A stretch of 64,000 nucleotides of DNA, taken from sequence record MN850605.1; one strand, given 5' to 3'. Below, in pieces: positions 26,791-34,240 of the stretch. The translations under genes and the position numbers were made by a program. The DNA comes from Escherichia phage fjerdesal. The notes under the pieces were generated by a model. The model did no database searches. It was not told where the DNA came from and saw only the letters and a list, made by a program, of their open reading frames with translations. Numbering within the stretch: position 1 is the first letter of the stretch; every line of letters begins with the position of its first letter.

Positions 26791-26807
26791 TAGCCCCGTT
26801 GCGTCGA

Positions 26808-27056
26808 TTAGTTGTAACCTTGTTTATTGTAGTACAGTGAGATAATCAAGTCACCCCAGTAATGATAGTGATGCTCGTCGTTTAATGCCTCTTTTACAGC
26901 GTCTTTCCAGAAGTCATCAGTAGGGTTATAATCTGGGATAACTTGCTTGATAACTGTCTTCACTAATGAAAAGCATTCATCAGTTCCACCGATATCAAAT
27001 TTAACGTCCAGAGTATAACAGCCATAAGCATTGACAGTTGCGCGGATAGTTGCCAT
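26808..27056 (-). CDS. hypothetical early protein
   Basis: 82-aa ORF preceded by conserved promoter-hairpin-SD cassette. Confidence 0.55.
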   Translation of the reverse strand: MATIRATVNAYGCYTLDVKFDIGGTDECFSLVKTVIKQVIPDYNPTDDFWKDAVKEALNDEHHYHYWGDLIISLYYNKQGYN

Positions 27057-27122
27057 TTTTTGAATCTCCTAGTTTAAGGACTTTACTTAGTGGGGAAGGT
27101 CATTCCCTCCCCGTTGATTAGT

Positions 27123-27151
27123 AATTTACTGCATGTTGGCGTATGTTGCAA
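27123..27151 (-). promoter_or_regulatory. early promoter cassette type A (TTGCAA-N17-TAAATT) followed by 5' hairpin and SD
   Basis: -10 overlaps stop codon of upstream gene; hairpin GGGGAGGG/CCTTCCCC then AGGAGA SD. Confidence 0.55.
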
Positions 27152-27389
27152 GCCTTTTTTCGTTGTATTTTGTCAGAATCTCACAAGATAAAACATCATA
27201 TTTTGTAACCGCTTTGCCTTTGTCGAGGTCAAAGAATCCGAACGCTTTACCATCTTTGAATCCGACAACTTCGTAAGATTCTTTGATGATTTCACCATTG
27301 AACAAATCACTTTCGATACGGTGAAATAATGCTACATCTTCTTTGTCGGTTGCAATTTGTAAAAGTGTGGTTAATTCTACGTTTTCCAT
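27126..27389 (-). CDS. hypothetical early protein
   Basis: 87-aa ORF. Confidence 0.55.
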   Translation of the reverse strand: MENVELTTLLQIATDKEDVALFHRIESDLFNGEIIKESYEVVGFKDGKAFGFFDLDKGKAVTKYDVLSCEILTKYNEKRLATYANMQ

Positions 27390-27449
27390 CTTGATGCCCC
27401 TAGTTTAAGGATTTTATTGAGTGGGGGAGGTCATCCCCCGTTAATGAGT

Positions 27450-27478
27450 AATTTACAGATTTTTGATTGTCTCGTCAA
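27450..27478 (-). promoter_or_regulatory. early promoter cassette type A (TTGACG-N17-TAAATT)
   Basis: Conserved GTAAATTAC -10 region followed by hairpin and SD. Confidence 0.55.
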
Positions 27479-27983
27479 TGTCTTTTTCAATAGCTTTTAA
27501 AGTTTTTTCTAAGTTCTTGATATTGAAAGATAAACCCTCTCCCAATGTTTTGCTGTAACCACTAGGGCGCAAGTCATGCAGTTCGATTTCTTCCACTTCG
27601 AAGAGACTAACCAACTCACCGCTTACACTGTAAGCCATTGAAACAGTATTTACAGGGGCTTTATAGAACTTGTTTAAGGACTTGATAGAACGCTCATAAG
27701 CCATTTTATAACCGTTTAAAAGGTCTTTAACGTGGTTGCGAACGTTTTTACACTCATCTAAGTAAATCCCTAAGAATAGCGGTAATAACTCTGCTACAGC
27801 TTGCATAAAGTGAGAGACTACAACGGTTGCAACATTACGACGATGTACATAATAAGCCCCATTTTCTGATTTAGTGATGGTTGCAAAGTGTACCCCATTG
27901 CAGCGAAATTCGTAGGTATCTTTAACAGGCTTAGCCATTACAGCATTTGAACGAATGTAGTTGATAGCTTGAAATTTGTTCAT
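27453..27983 (-). CDS. hypothetical early protein
   Basis: Track ORF 27453..28028 trimmed to ATG positioned by conserved cassette SD. Confidence 0.5.
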   Translation of the reverse strand: MNKFQAINYIRSNAVMAKPVKDTYEFRCNGVHFATITKSENGAYYVHRRNVATVVVSHFMQAVAELLPLFLGIYLDECKNVRNHVKDLLNGYKMAYERSIKSLNKFYKAPVNTVSMAYSVSGELVSLFEVEEIELHDLRPSGYSKTLGEGLSFNIKNLEKTLKAIEKDIDETIKNL

Positions 27984-28046
27984 TTTTGAATCTCCTAGTT
28001 TAAGGACTTTATTTAGTGGGGAGGTCATTACCTCCCGTTGATTAGT

Positions 28047-28075
28047 AATTTACTTGTTTTGATATCTGATTGCAA
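28047..28075 (-). promoter_or_regulatory. early promoter cassette type A (TTGCAA-N17-TAAATT)
   Basis: Same architecture as other cassettes. Confidence 0.55.
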
Positions 28076-28203
28076 GCAATTTTTTAAGTTTATCTATAAA
28101 GAATCTTTTAAGTTAATCCCTTTTAGATAAACCCCCTCGAACAAATCTACCAATGTCAAGGGGCGTTGTCAATACTTTTTGAAAGTTTTTTGTAAGTTAT
28201 TGA

Positions 28204-28545
28204 TTAACTGATGAATATTTTTTCAGGTTTTACATAGCTGATACGCTGACTTTTTAGCAGGTCATCCCAGATTAACGCGGCGATATGGGCATAACCGGAT
28301 TCACGTAAAAGCTTCATTGTTTTACTTCTCGTTTCAAAACGGCTTGCGTAGTACTCACTATTTAAAACCGTTTTATTCCCTTCGTTATCTACATGGATAA
28401 TCTGCATCACTTGAAAGGGGCTTGTGTCCTCGCCTTTGTTCCACTGTTCAAAGTATTTTAGGCACTGCATAGGTGACATCTTATCACTTACTTGAGTTGA
28501 CCAAGATGAATTTTCTTTATCGGTAATTACGGTTACATAAGCCAT
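28204..28545 (-). CDS. hypothetical early protein
   Basis: 113-aa ORF. Confidence 0.55.
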   Translation of the reverse strand: MAYVTVITDKENSSWSTQVSDKMSPMQCLKYFEQWNKGEDTSPFQVMQIIHVDNEGNKTVLNSEYYASRFETRSKTMKLLRESGYAHIAALIWDDLLKSQRISYVKPEKIFIS

Positions 28546-28610
28546 TTTTGAATCTCCTAGTTTAAGGATTGTACTTAGTGGGGAAGGTCATTCCCTCCCC
28601 GTTGATTGAC

Positions 28611-28639
28611 AATTTACAGATTTTTATCAGGCTTGTCTA
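28611..28639 (-). promoter_or_regulatory. early promoter cassette type A (TAGACA-N17-TAAATT)
   Basis: Same architecture. Confidence 0.5.
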
Positions 28640-28870
28640 GTCTTTTTCAATGATAATTTCATACTGACCATCTACGCTGTCAAAATAGATACCGTCTTCA
28701 TCTTCTGTCTTAAAGTAACATTGTATATCATCACTAGCGGGATAGTCTTGTCTTGCTATCTGACAGACCTGAACAGCATTTTCTTTACTTCCTGTAAACT
28801 CCTCAAGCCCTTTAAAATCACATGAATGACCATTACAAATAGAAAGGATAAGATAAACGGTTGTAAGCAT
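28637..28870 (-). CDS. hypothetical small secreted/membrane protein (Cys-containing)
   Basis: 77 aa with N-terminal hydrophobic segment MLTTVYLILSICNGHSC. Confidence 0.5.
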   Translation of the reverse strand: MLTTVYLILSICNGHSCDFKGLEEFTGSKENAVQVCQIARQDYPASDDIQCYFKTEDEDGIYFDSVDGQYEIIIEKD

Positions 28871-28936
28871 GATTTAAGCCTCTTAAAAGCCCCTGTGAGG
28901 GGCTAATCAGTGTTTATAAGGTGATTGCATAGGTTT

Positions 28937-29479
28937 TTAGAAAAAGCTCTTTAAATCTCTCTCTGTGATGTTTCCCGCTAGTGTATCCATGATGTCACAA
29001 AAAACCTGAATACTATCCGACTGTTGAATACTTTTAGCAAGAAGCTCCAGAGACTCATCAAGATAATTTAAATTTGGGTTATCCAATGAAGGAAGACAAA
29101 AAGGCGAAAACATCGCATTAAACTCGGTTACGTAAACCTTTTTAATCCAATTTAAATCGAAGTATTCTGTAAAACTTGCTACGCCAGACATATTATCACA
29201 AGAATAATCATCATTCAGGTCATCCTCTGGGATATCAAGTTCTAAGATAACAATATTTTGGGTTTTCATCTGGAAAGCGGCCGTAATAGTGGCATTACCT
29301 AACGCTTGCTGGATGCCTTCGGCTGTTATCTCTTCCTCATCGTCGCCATAGATTTTATTTTCTGGATACACGTAAAAATTGCCGTCCATGTCCGAACAAT
29401 TCCATGCACCTGATGGCTTGTCACCGTTATTAATCAGGTTGAGGAAATTTTCTTGAGTAGTACCGTGAAAGCATTTCAT
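28937..29479 (-). CDS. hypothetical early protein, possible ADP-ribosyltransferase fold (HGT motif)
   Basis: 180 aa; N-terminal FHGTTQENFLNLINNG resembles the H-G-[ST]...N...I...G NAD-binding motif of H-Y-E class ARTs (PARP/diphtheria-toxin/Tpt1-like), followed by GNFYVYPE; unverified. Confidence 0.5.
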   Translation of the reverse strand: MKCFHGTTQENFLNLINNGDKPSGAWNCSDMDGNFYVYPENKIYGDDEEEITAEGIQQALGNATITAAFQMKTQNIVILELDIPEDDLNDDYSCDNMSGVASFTEYFDLNWIKKVYVTEFNAMFSPFCLPSLDNPNLNYLDESLELLAKSIQQSDSIQVFCDIMDTLAGNITERDLKSFF

Positions 29480-29530
29480 TTTTGAATCTCCAGTTTAGGA
29501 TTTAGTGGTAAAGCTCTTTATCTGGGGCTT

Positions 29531-29559
29531 ACTTTATCGAACTATAAGCCCCTTGTAAA
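29531..29559 (-). promoter_or_regulatory. early promoter cassette type B (TTTACA-N17-TAAAGT) with GGGGCTTA/TAAGCCCC hairpin
   Basis: Near-identical cassette copies at about 30333, 31404 and 31751. Confidence 0.5.
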
Positions 29560-29564
29560 GTACT

Positions 29565-29768
29565 TTATTTGTTATTTTTTACTACTTTTAAAACCGCACG
29601 ATAGCCTAAGCAATAGGAATCACCGAAGAGCGACCGACCCATGAAGGAGTCCTCTGTAATATCTTTCGCCGTGACGGTTTTTTCTACGCCGTGAAAGAGA
29701 ACTACATCACCGACTTTAATATCTTTGATGTGTGTAGTTTCAATGGTTAAACCGTTAATAATAGCCAT
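29565..29768 (-). CDS. hypothetical early protein
   Basis: 67-aa ORF. Confidence 0.5.
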   Translation of the reverse strand: MAIINGLTIETTHIKDIKVGDVVLFHGVEKTVTAKDITEDSFMGRSLFGDSYCLGYRAVLKVVKNNK

Positions 29769-29831
29769 TTTTGAATCTCCAGTTTAGGACTTTATTTAGT
29801 GGGGAAGGTCATTCCCGCCCCGTTGATGTGT

Positions 29832-29860
29832 AATTTAATCTATCTGAAAACCAATGTCAA
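29832..29860 (-). promoter_or_regulatory. early promoter cassette type A (TTGACA-N17-TAAATT)
   Basis: Consensus -35; preceded on plus strand by T14 tract. Confidence 0.55.
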
Positions 29861-29875
29861 CAATTTTTTTTTTTT

Positions 29876-30280
29876 TTAGAGTTCTGCATAAATTGCATCA
29901 CAGATACCACGAAAATCATGATTTGTCAAATTACGTTGTAACCAAGTGGCGAAAAAGTCAGCGATTGCAAAGTTAGCGTCATACTCGACAGATAGCCACA
30001 CTTTAACAGCAAACCGAAACATTTTCAAATCAAGCTCTTTATTCATTACCTTAGATTTGCCTAACATGTCGGACATTTCATATTGTGCACCGTCTAGCGT
30101 GATACCTGCTGCAACGTCAGCCAATGAGTTTTTTACGTTTTCAACGTCTAAGATAACGCTTTGAATCTTCCCAATAATGTTGTGCAATGTTTCGTCCGGT
30201 GCTGATGACGTAATAACATTAATCCGGTTAACGGTCAAACGTGCTTTTAAGATTGATAACTCGCGATTATTAATAGCCAT
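29876..30280 (-). CDS. hypothetical early protein
   Basis: Track ORF 29876..30295 trimmed: upstream MENLK codons are part of conserved cassette; SD-positioned ATG gives MAINNRE... Confidence 0.5.
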   Translation of the reverse strand: MAINNRELSILKARLTVNRINVITSSAPDETLHNIIGKIQSVILDVENVKNSLADVAAGITLDGAQYEMSDMLGKSKVMNKELDLKMFRFAVKVWLSVEYDANFAIADFFATWLQRNLTNHDFRGICDAIYAEL

Positions 30281-30332
30281 TTTTAAGTTCTCCAATTTAG
30301 GATTTAGTGGTAAAGCTCTTTATCTGGGGCTT

Positions 30333-30361
30333 ACTTTATCGAACTATAAGCCCCTTGTAAA
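30333..30361 (-). promoter_or_regulatory. early promoter cassette type B (TTTACA-N17-TAAAGT)
   Basis: Cassette copy. Confidence 0.5.
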
Positions 30362-30366
30362 GTACT

Positions 30367-30639
30367 TTATACTAAATGCAGCTTTTTACCTTTTACTATG
30401 ATGTAACTCGATGCGCTATTGCTTTGCACATCCTGATAAATTCTGCGCAAACGGCCTTCGTAGTATACTTTCCAACTGGTTGGAATCTTTTTCCCGTATC
30501 CTGTAGCAGTTTTTTGTAGTCCTGCAAGTTGCCAATCTAAGATATGTTGTTCGGCTTGTAAATCCTCGAAGTGCATTACACCGTTCACATAGTGACGAAG
30601 GGTTACGTTTAAGGTGCGACCGTTGTTAGTAGTATACAT
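30367..30639 (-). CDS. hypothetical early protein
   Basis: 90-aa ORF. Confidence 0.5.
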   Translation of the reverse strand: MYTTNNGRTLNVTLRHYVNGVMHFEDLQAEQHILDWQLAGLQKTATGYGKKIPTSWKVYYEGRLRRIYQDVQSNSASSYIIVKGKKLHLV

Positions 30640-30701
30640 TTTGAATCTCCTAGTTTAAGGACTTTGTTTAGTGGGGAGGTCATTACCTCCCGTTGATTAG
30701 T

Positions 30702-30730
30702 AATTTACTTGTTTTAAAAACCAAAATCAA
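30702..30730 (-). promoter_or_regulatory. early promoter cassette type A (TTGATT-N17-TAAATT)
   Basis: Cassette copy. Confidence 0.5.
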
Positions 30731-31059
30731 GAGAAATTTTTTCGTTTGCTCAATTCTTGAACAATTACAGCGTAGTAGTCTTTTAAGTCACTGACATTTA
30801 AAGCATTTATCAGAGAATTATAATCATCGACTAACTGAAAATCATCTTTGAAAATGTCGCTGATTTGATAAGTTTTTGATTGAAATCTGAAGCTCATTTC
30901 TAACCGTTTTATTTGTTCATCACTTAAACGCTCCAGAAAGCTCATTACAAGGCTATTATTGACCTGTTGCGTGATTGCCTTATTTGCTAGATTATAGGCT
31001 TTATATGCCTTATATAGCGCGAAAATGGCAATGATTGCAGTGATACCAGTCATTAACAT
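30727..31059 (-). CDS. hypothetical membrane protein
   Basis: 110 aa with N-terminal TM segment. Confidence 0.5.
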   Translation of the reverse strand: MLMTGITAIIAIFALYKAYKAYNLANKAITQQVNNSLVMSFLERLSDEQIKRLEMSFRFQSKTYQISDIFKDDFQLVDDYNSLINALNVSDLKDYYAVIVQELSKRKNFS

Positions 31060-31349
31060 GGTGTTTCCTCTTTACGTGATACTTTGCCATTTACAGTTAT
31101 CTCATAAGAATCTAGTAAGTCACTTTTAGATTTTACTGGACTTTTAAAAGTATCATCATAAATATTTACTTGCAATACAGGTTTTTTATACTCCCTGCAA
31201 CTATTCCATAAACAAATCACTACACGACGGCCTTTTATTTTACCGTGCAACCATTCCATAACATCATGATTATTTCTTGATGTCTCGATAAAATCAATTT
31301 TGTTGAGTAACTTGCTTAGATTTTCACGAACTTTATTGGATAATTTCAT
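31053..31349 (-). CDS. hypothetical early protein
   Basis: 98-aa ORF. Confidence 0.5.
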   Translation of the reverse strand: MKLSNKVRENLSKLLNKIDFIETSRNNHDVMEWLHGKIKGRRVVICLWNSCREYKKPVLQVNIYDDTFKSPVKSKSDLLDSYEITVNGKVSRKEETPC

Positions 31350-31403
31350 TTTTGAGTCTCCTAGTTTAAGGGTTAATTTGATAAAGCTCTTTATCTGGGG
31401 CTT

Positions 31404-31432
31404 AAGATATCAACTTTTAAGCCCCTTGTAAA
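31404..31432 (-). promoter_or_regulatory. early promoter cassette type B variant (TTTACA-N17-TATCTT)
   Basis: Cassette copy. Confidence 0.45.
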
Positions 31433-31440
31433 GTACTTTA

Positions 31441-31698
31441 TCAGATTAAATTGCCAGTTAATGATAAGTGCATTTTGTAACCTTGTTTAGTGAATACGTT
31501 CACTTTACCGAGTGTTTTTACACCTTTAAAAAGGTTATTTGAACTGCGTTTTAAGGTTAAATGTTTATCAGCCTTCACGCCCCACCTTACATTAGATTGT
31601 TTTCCGTTGTCAACCACTTTCCCGCATAACTTTTTAGCCATAACGCGAGCGTCATCACGAGTTTTTGCAGCAATTACAACGTTTTTGATAATAGCCAT
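31441..31698 (-). CDS. hypothetical early basic protein
   Basis: Track ORF 31441..31713 trimmed to cassette-positioned ATG (MAIIKNV...). Confidence 0.5.
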   Translation of the reverse strand: MAIIKNVVIAAKTRDDARVMAKKLCGKVVDNGKQSNVRWGVKADKHLTLKRSSNNLFKGVKTLGKVNVFTKQGYKMHLSLTGNLI

Positions 31699-31750
31699 TT
31701 TTAAGTTCTCCAATTTAGGATTTAGTGGTAAAGCTCTTTATCTGGGGCTT

Positions 31751-31779
31751 ACTTTATCGAACTATAAGCCCCTTGTAAA
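31751..31779 (-). promoter_or_regulatory. early promoter cassette type B (TTTACA-N17-TAAAGT)
   Basis: Cassette copy. Confidence 0.5.
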
Positions 31780-31784
31780 GTACT

Positions 31785-32165
31785 TTATTTAATTTTGAAG
31801 ATAGTTACGTAACCATCACTACCGATTATTTGAGACACTCCAGCTTTTTCTACTTGATAGCCCATATTTTCAAGATGATAAACAGCATCATCATAACCAT
31901 ATGCGCCACCCTGATAACGTCTCTTATCGCATTTTATCAGGTTTTTACCACGTCCCGCAAGTGCATGCAAAATGGCTTTTTCACTTGAAAGAGTACCATC
32001 TAGCATTGTCGCCGTGTAATGGTTGATTTTATTCCCGTTAATATCATACTTGAAATTGAACGAGTGAACAACAATAACGTTACCTTTAAAATTCTCATCA
32101 AGTGACTTCTCCAGTACGCTACGAAAGTTGTCTTTGTTGATGAATTTAGGTGCACGATATTTCAT
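31785..32165 (-). CDS. hypothetical early protein (first gene of array)
   Basis: 126-aa ORF. Confidence 0.55.
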   Translation of the reverse strand: MKYRAPKFINKDNFRSVLEKSLDENFKGNVIVVHSFNFKYDINGNKINHYTATMLDGTLSSEKAILHALAGRGKNLIKCDKRRYQGGAYGYDDAVYHLENMGYQVEKAGVSQIIGSDGYVTIFKIK

Positions 32166-32214
32166 TTTTGAATCTCCTAGTTTAAGGACTTTAATTTTTG
32201 GGGTCCGGCATTTC

Positions 32215-32227
32215 CCCCCCCCCCCCG
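32215..32227. repeat. homopolymeric C13 (G13 on minus strand) in 5' leader hairpin position
   Basis: 13 consecutive C at 32215-32227, replacing the GGGGAGGG arm seen in other cassettes. Confidence 0.7.
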
Positions 32228-32236
32228 TTGATGCAA

Positions 32237-32265
32237 ATACTAGATAACCCCGTTCAAAGAGTCAA
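32237..32265 (-). promoter_or_regulatory. strong sigma70-type promoter (TTGACT-N17-TAGTAT) heading the early gene array
   Basis: Minus strand TTGACTCTTTGAACGGGGTTATCTAGTAT followed by CAACGGGG leader. Confidence 0.6.
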
Positions 32266-32385
32266 GAAAATTTTAAAAATATTTTTGGGAAAACTGTAAT
32301 GAAACGTGCGCACACGACTACCACAAAACAGAACACAAATCAAGAATTATTTTTCAATCCGCTACAAATTTTTCTCTTGACTTTT

Positions 32386-32416
32386 GGGGAGAGGGGGAGT
32401 AAGAGGGGGAGAGGGG
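32386..32416 (+). other. G-quadruplex-forming motif (G4-N3-G5-N7-G5-N3-G4)
   Basis: GGGGAGAGGGGGAGTAAGAGGGGGAGAGGGG on plus strand. Confidence 0.5.
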
Positions 32417-32440
32417 TTGGTCTGGCTCTCTATAAAAACC

Positions 32441-32624
32441 TACCTGCACAATTCTAAAATGATTTTTCTTGCCCGACCTGAGCGGGGTCTGCACGTTTTG
32501 AAAATGAAAAAGCTCTTTGGAGATTACCTGCACAGTTTGAAAATGAATTTTTCTCTTTGGAGTTCAAAATACTCTCTACAGATTTCTCTATAGAGATATA
32601 CCTGCACAATTCTGAAATGAAAAA
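32441..32624. promoter_or_regulatory. iteron-like direct repeats (TACCTGCACARTTYTRAAATGAA, 3 copies plus 1 degenerate)
   Basis: Copies at about 32441, 32488 (degenerate), 32524, 32598. Confidence 0.5.
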
Positions 32625-32693
32625 GCCCTCCTTACCTGAAAAATTTACCAGATAAGAAAGGCTTAGTCTATTGTGAATATCCTACGAAGTTTC

Positions 32694-33479
32694 TTAGTTC
32701 TTTGCGGCTAAGAAGGTAACTTCTGGCGAAGAGAAAACTGTCTCGATATCCTCATCAGTTCTTGCATAGATGTAAGTATCTGCATCACTGCCAAATGTTA
32801 CTGCAATCCTGTGATTGCTCTTCGACAGGTGGGTAACTAGAGCGTTACTTAGAGACATCTTTTCAACCGGAGGGTTACTTTGATGTATCTTACCTTTTCT
32901 TCGTCTGAAGAGGGTAACTGCATTATCCGTGAACACAACTACACCTGCGAAGTATTCTGGTTCACAGTAGTTCTTCCAACCTGAGCGTAACTTGTGGTAC
33001 ATCTCTCCTTCATAGACATATAGATAAACATCTACGCTCTTCATTACCTGATTGATGATAACTGTGACGGCTTGAGGGTCCAACCCACCGATACCTGCAC
33101 CAATCATAGGTAAACCAACTTTCTTCAACTGATTAACTTCACAGTATCTGTTAAGTTGCTTCAAAGATGACTCTAAAGCACTGTATCGGGCATCTTTACC
33201 AGTCTTAAGCTGAGTGTAAAGGTTAGCTATACGACCTTGTTTTAAACGTGCTACGGAGAAATTACCTAGTAAATTTTCACAGGGTTTGTGGCCTATACCA
33301 CCTGCATATAGATAAACTTCTGTATCGGTCTCATATGCTTCTGGGTAAAGTTTAGAAATCTTGTCAGCGATACCTGCACCCATTAAATTCATACAGTTGC
33401 AACCGTGACCAATGATGTCAAACTTACCTTTATCAAATGCAGCAAAGATGTCACCATTGATGATTTTTACAATACCCAT
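32694..33479 (-). CDS. macro-domain protein (ADP-ribose binding/processing) with C-terminal extension
   Basis: 261 aa; N-terminal INGDIFAA...FDIIGHGCNCMNLMGAGIADKI and VGLPMIGAGIGGL match macro-domain glycine-rich motifs. Confidence 0.6.
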   Translation of the reverse strand: MGIVKIINGDIFAAFDKGKFDIIGHGCNCMNLMGAGIADKISKLYPEAYETDTEVYLYAGGIGHKPCENLLGNFSVARLKQGRIANLYTQLKTGKDARYSALESSLKQLNRYCEVNQLKKVGLPMIGAGIGGLDPQAVTVIINQVMKSVDVYLYVYEGEMYHKLRSGWKNYCEPEYFAGVVVFTDNAVTLFRRRKGKIHQSNPPVEKMSLSNALVTHLSKSNHRIAVTFGSDADTYIYARTDEDIETVFSSPEVTFLAAKN

Positions 33480-33680
33480 TTAACATCTCTCCCAAGATTC
33501 TTTATCTTCTGAAGGTTTTACACGTTGCCCTTCATGGTCTACCCAGATGCACCCACAACCTTCACAGATTACTGGCATTGCATAACCAGCTTTAAAGTCA
33601 TCTTCAGTGATGAGACCTTTTAAGTCACCTGTATCACGTCCGAACATTTCGATAGAACAATCTTTGCAGAAGTCAGCCAT
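33480..33680 (-). CDS. hypothetical small Cys-rich (zinc-ribbon-like) protein
   Basis: CKDC...CEGCGC motifs; start chosen at internal ATG, uncertain (track ORF 33480..33758). Confidence 0.35.
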   Translation of the reverse strand: MADFCKDCSIEMFGRDTGDLKGLITEDDFKAGYAMPVICEGCGCIWVDHEGQRVKPSEDKESWERC

Positions 33681-33900
33681 TGATAATTGCCTCTTGAATG
33701 ATGATACCTTTACCACAACGACTTTTAAAGTCTTCCAATGGCTGGGAGATAAAGCCACGTAAGCAATAACTGAATGCTAATTTTTTCCTGTAGATTATCA
33801 CATCATTTGCTGTAAAAGGAATCACTTCATTTCTTCCAATGGATACTGCTGACCGGATAATTTTCCGTGTCTTTTTATCTCTGGCTAGTATTACTTTCAT
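33673..33900 (-). CDS. hypothetical protein
   Basis: 75-aa ORF. Confidence 0.4.
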   Translation of the reverse strand: MKVILARDKKTRKIIRSAVSIGRNEVIPFTANDVIIYRKKLAFSYCLRGFISQPLEDFKSRCGKGIIIQEAIING

Positions 33901-34240
33901 AGTTTACCTTCTCAGTTAGTTCATATAAATCAACATGCTCAATACTATCAATGTTGATACCAATCTTTTTGAAGCGTTCTATCACTTCGTTGTCAGTCAT
34001 CCATATCAGACACCAATGATTGTGGATGGATTCTTCAAGAAGGTCAACACAATCTTTAAAAGTTTTTGTATCACTTCTTGTTCCAACTACTGCGATTGTT
34101 CCATATAACCACTTACCATTACCATAAGTTACTTGTGCTACACCAACTTCTTTATCGTTCTCGTAGTAAACGGCTACAAAGTCTCTTCCATTAAGCTGCA
34201 TTTGTAAGTTCCTCTGTTGGTAATTCACCATTTTCAGCAA
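33875..34240 (-). CDS. hypothetical protein
   Basis: 121-aa ORF. Confidence 0.5.
   Translation of the reverse strand: MLKMVNYQQRNLQMQLNGRDFVAVYYENDKEVGVAQVTYGNGKWLYGTIAVVGTRSDTKTFKDCVDLLEESIHNHWCLIWMTDNEVIERFKKIGINIDSIEHVDLYELTEKVNYESNTSQR

Noticed and set aside
26808-32240. Possible CRISPR array suggested by regularly recurring ~75-bp conserved elements
   Set aside because: Intervening segments are 200-600 bp protein-coding genes, and the repeats contain promoter -10/-35 elements, hairpins and Shine-Dalgarno sequences followed by ATG; these are promoter/leader cassettes, not CRISPR repeats
32384-32593. ORF 32384..32593 (+), translation MGRGGVRGGEGLVW...
   Set aside because: Encoded by the G-quadruplex motif and iteron repeats, wrong strand relative to the flanking genes, no SD; treated as regulatory DNA
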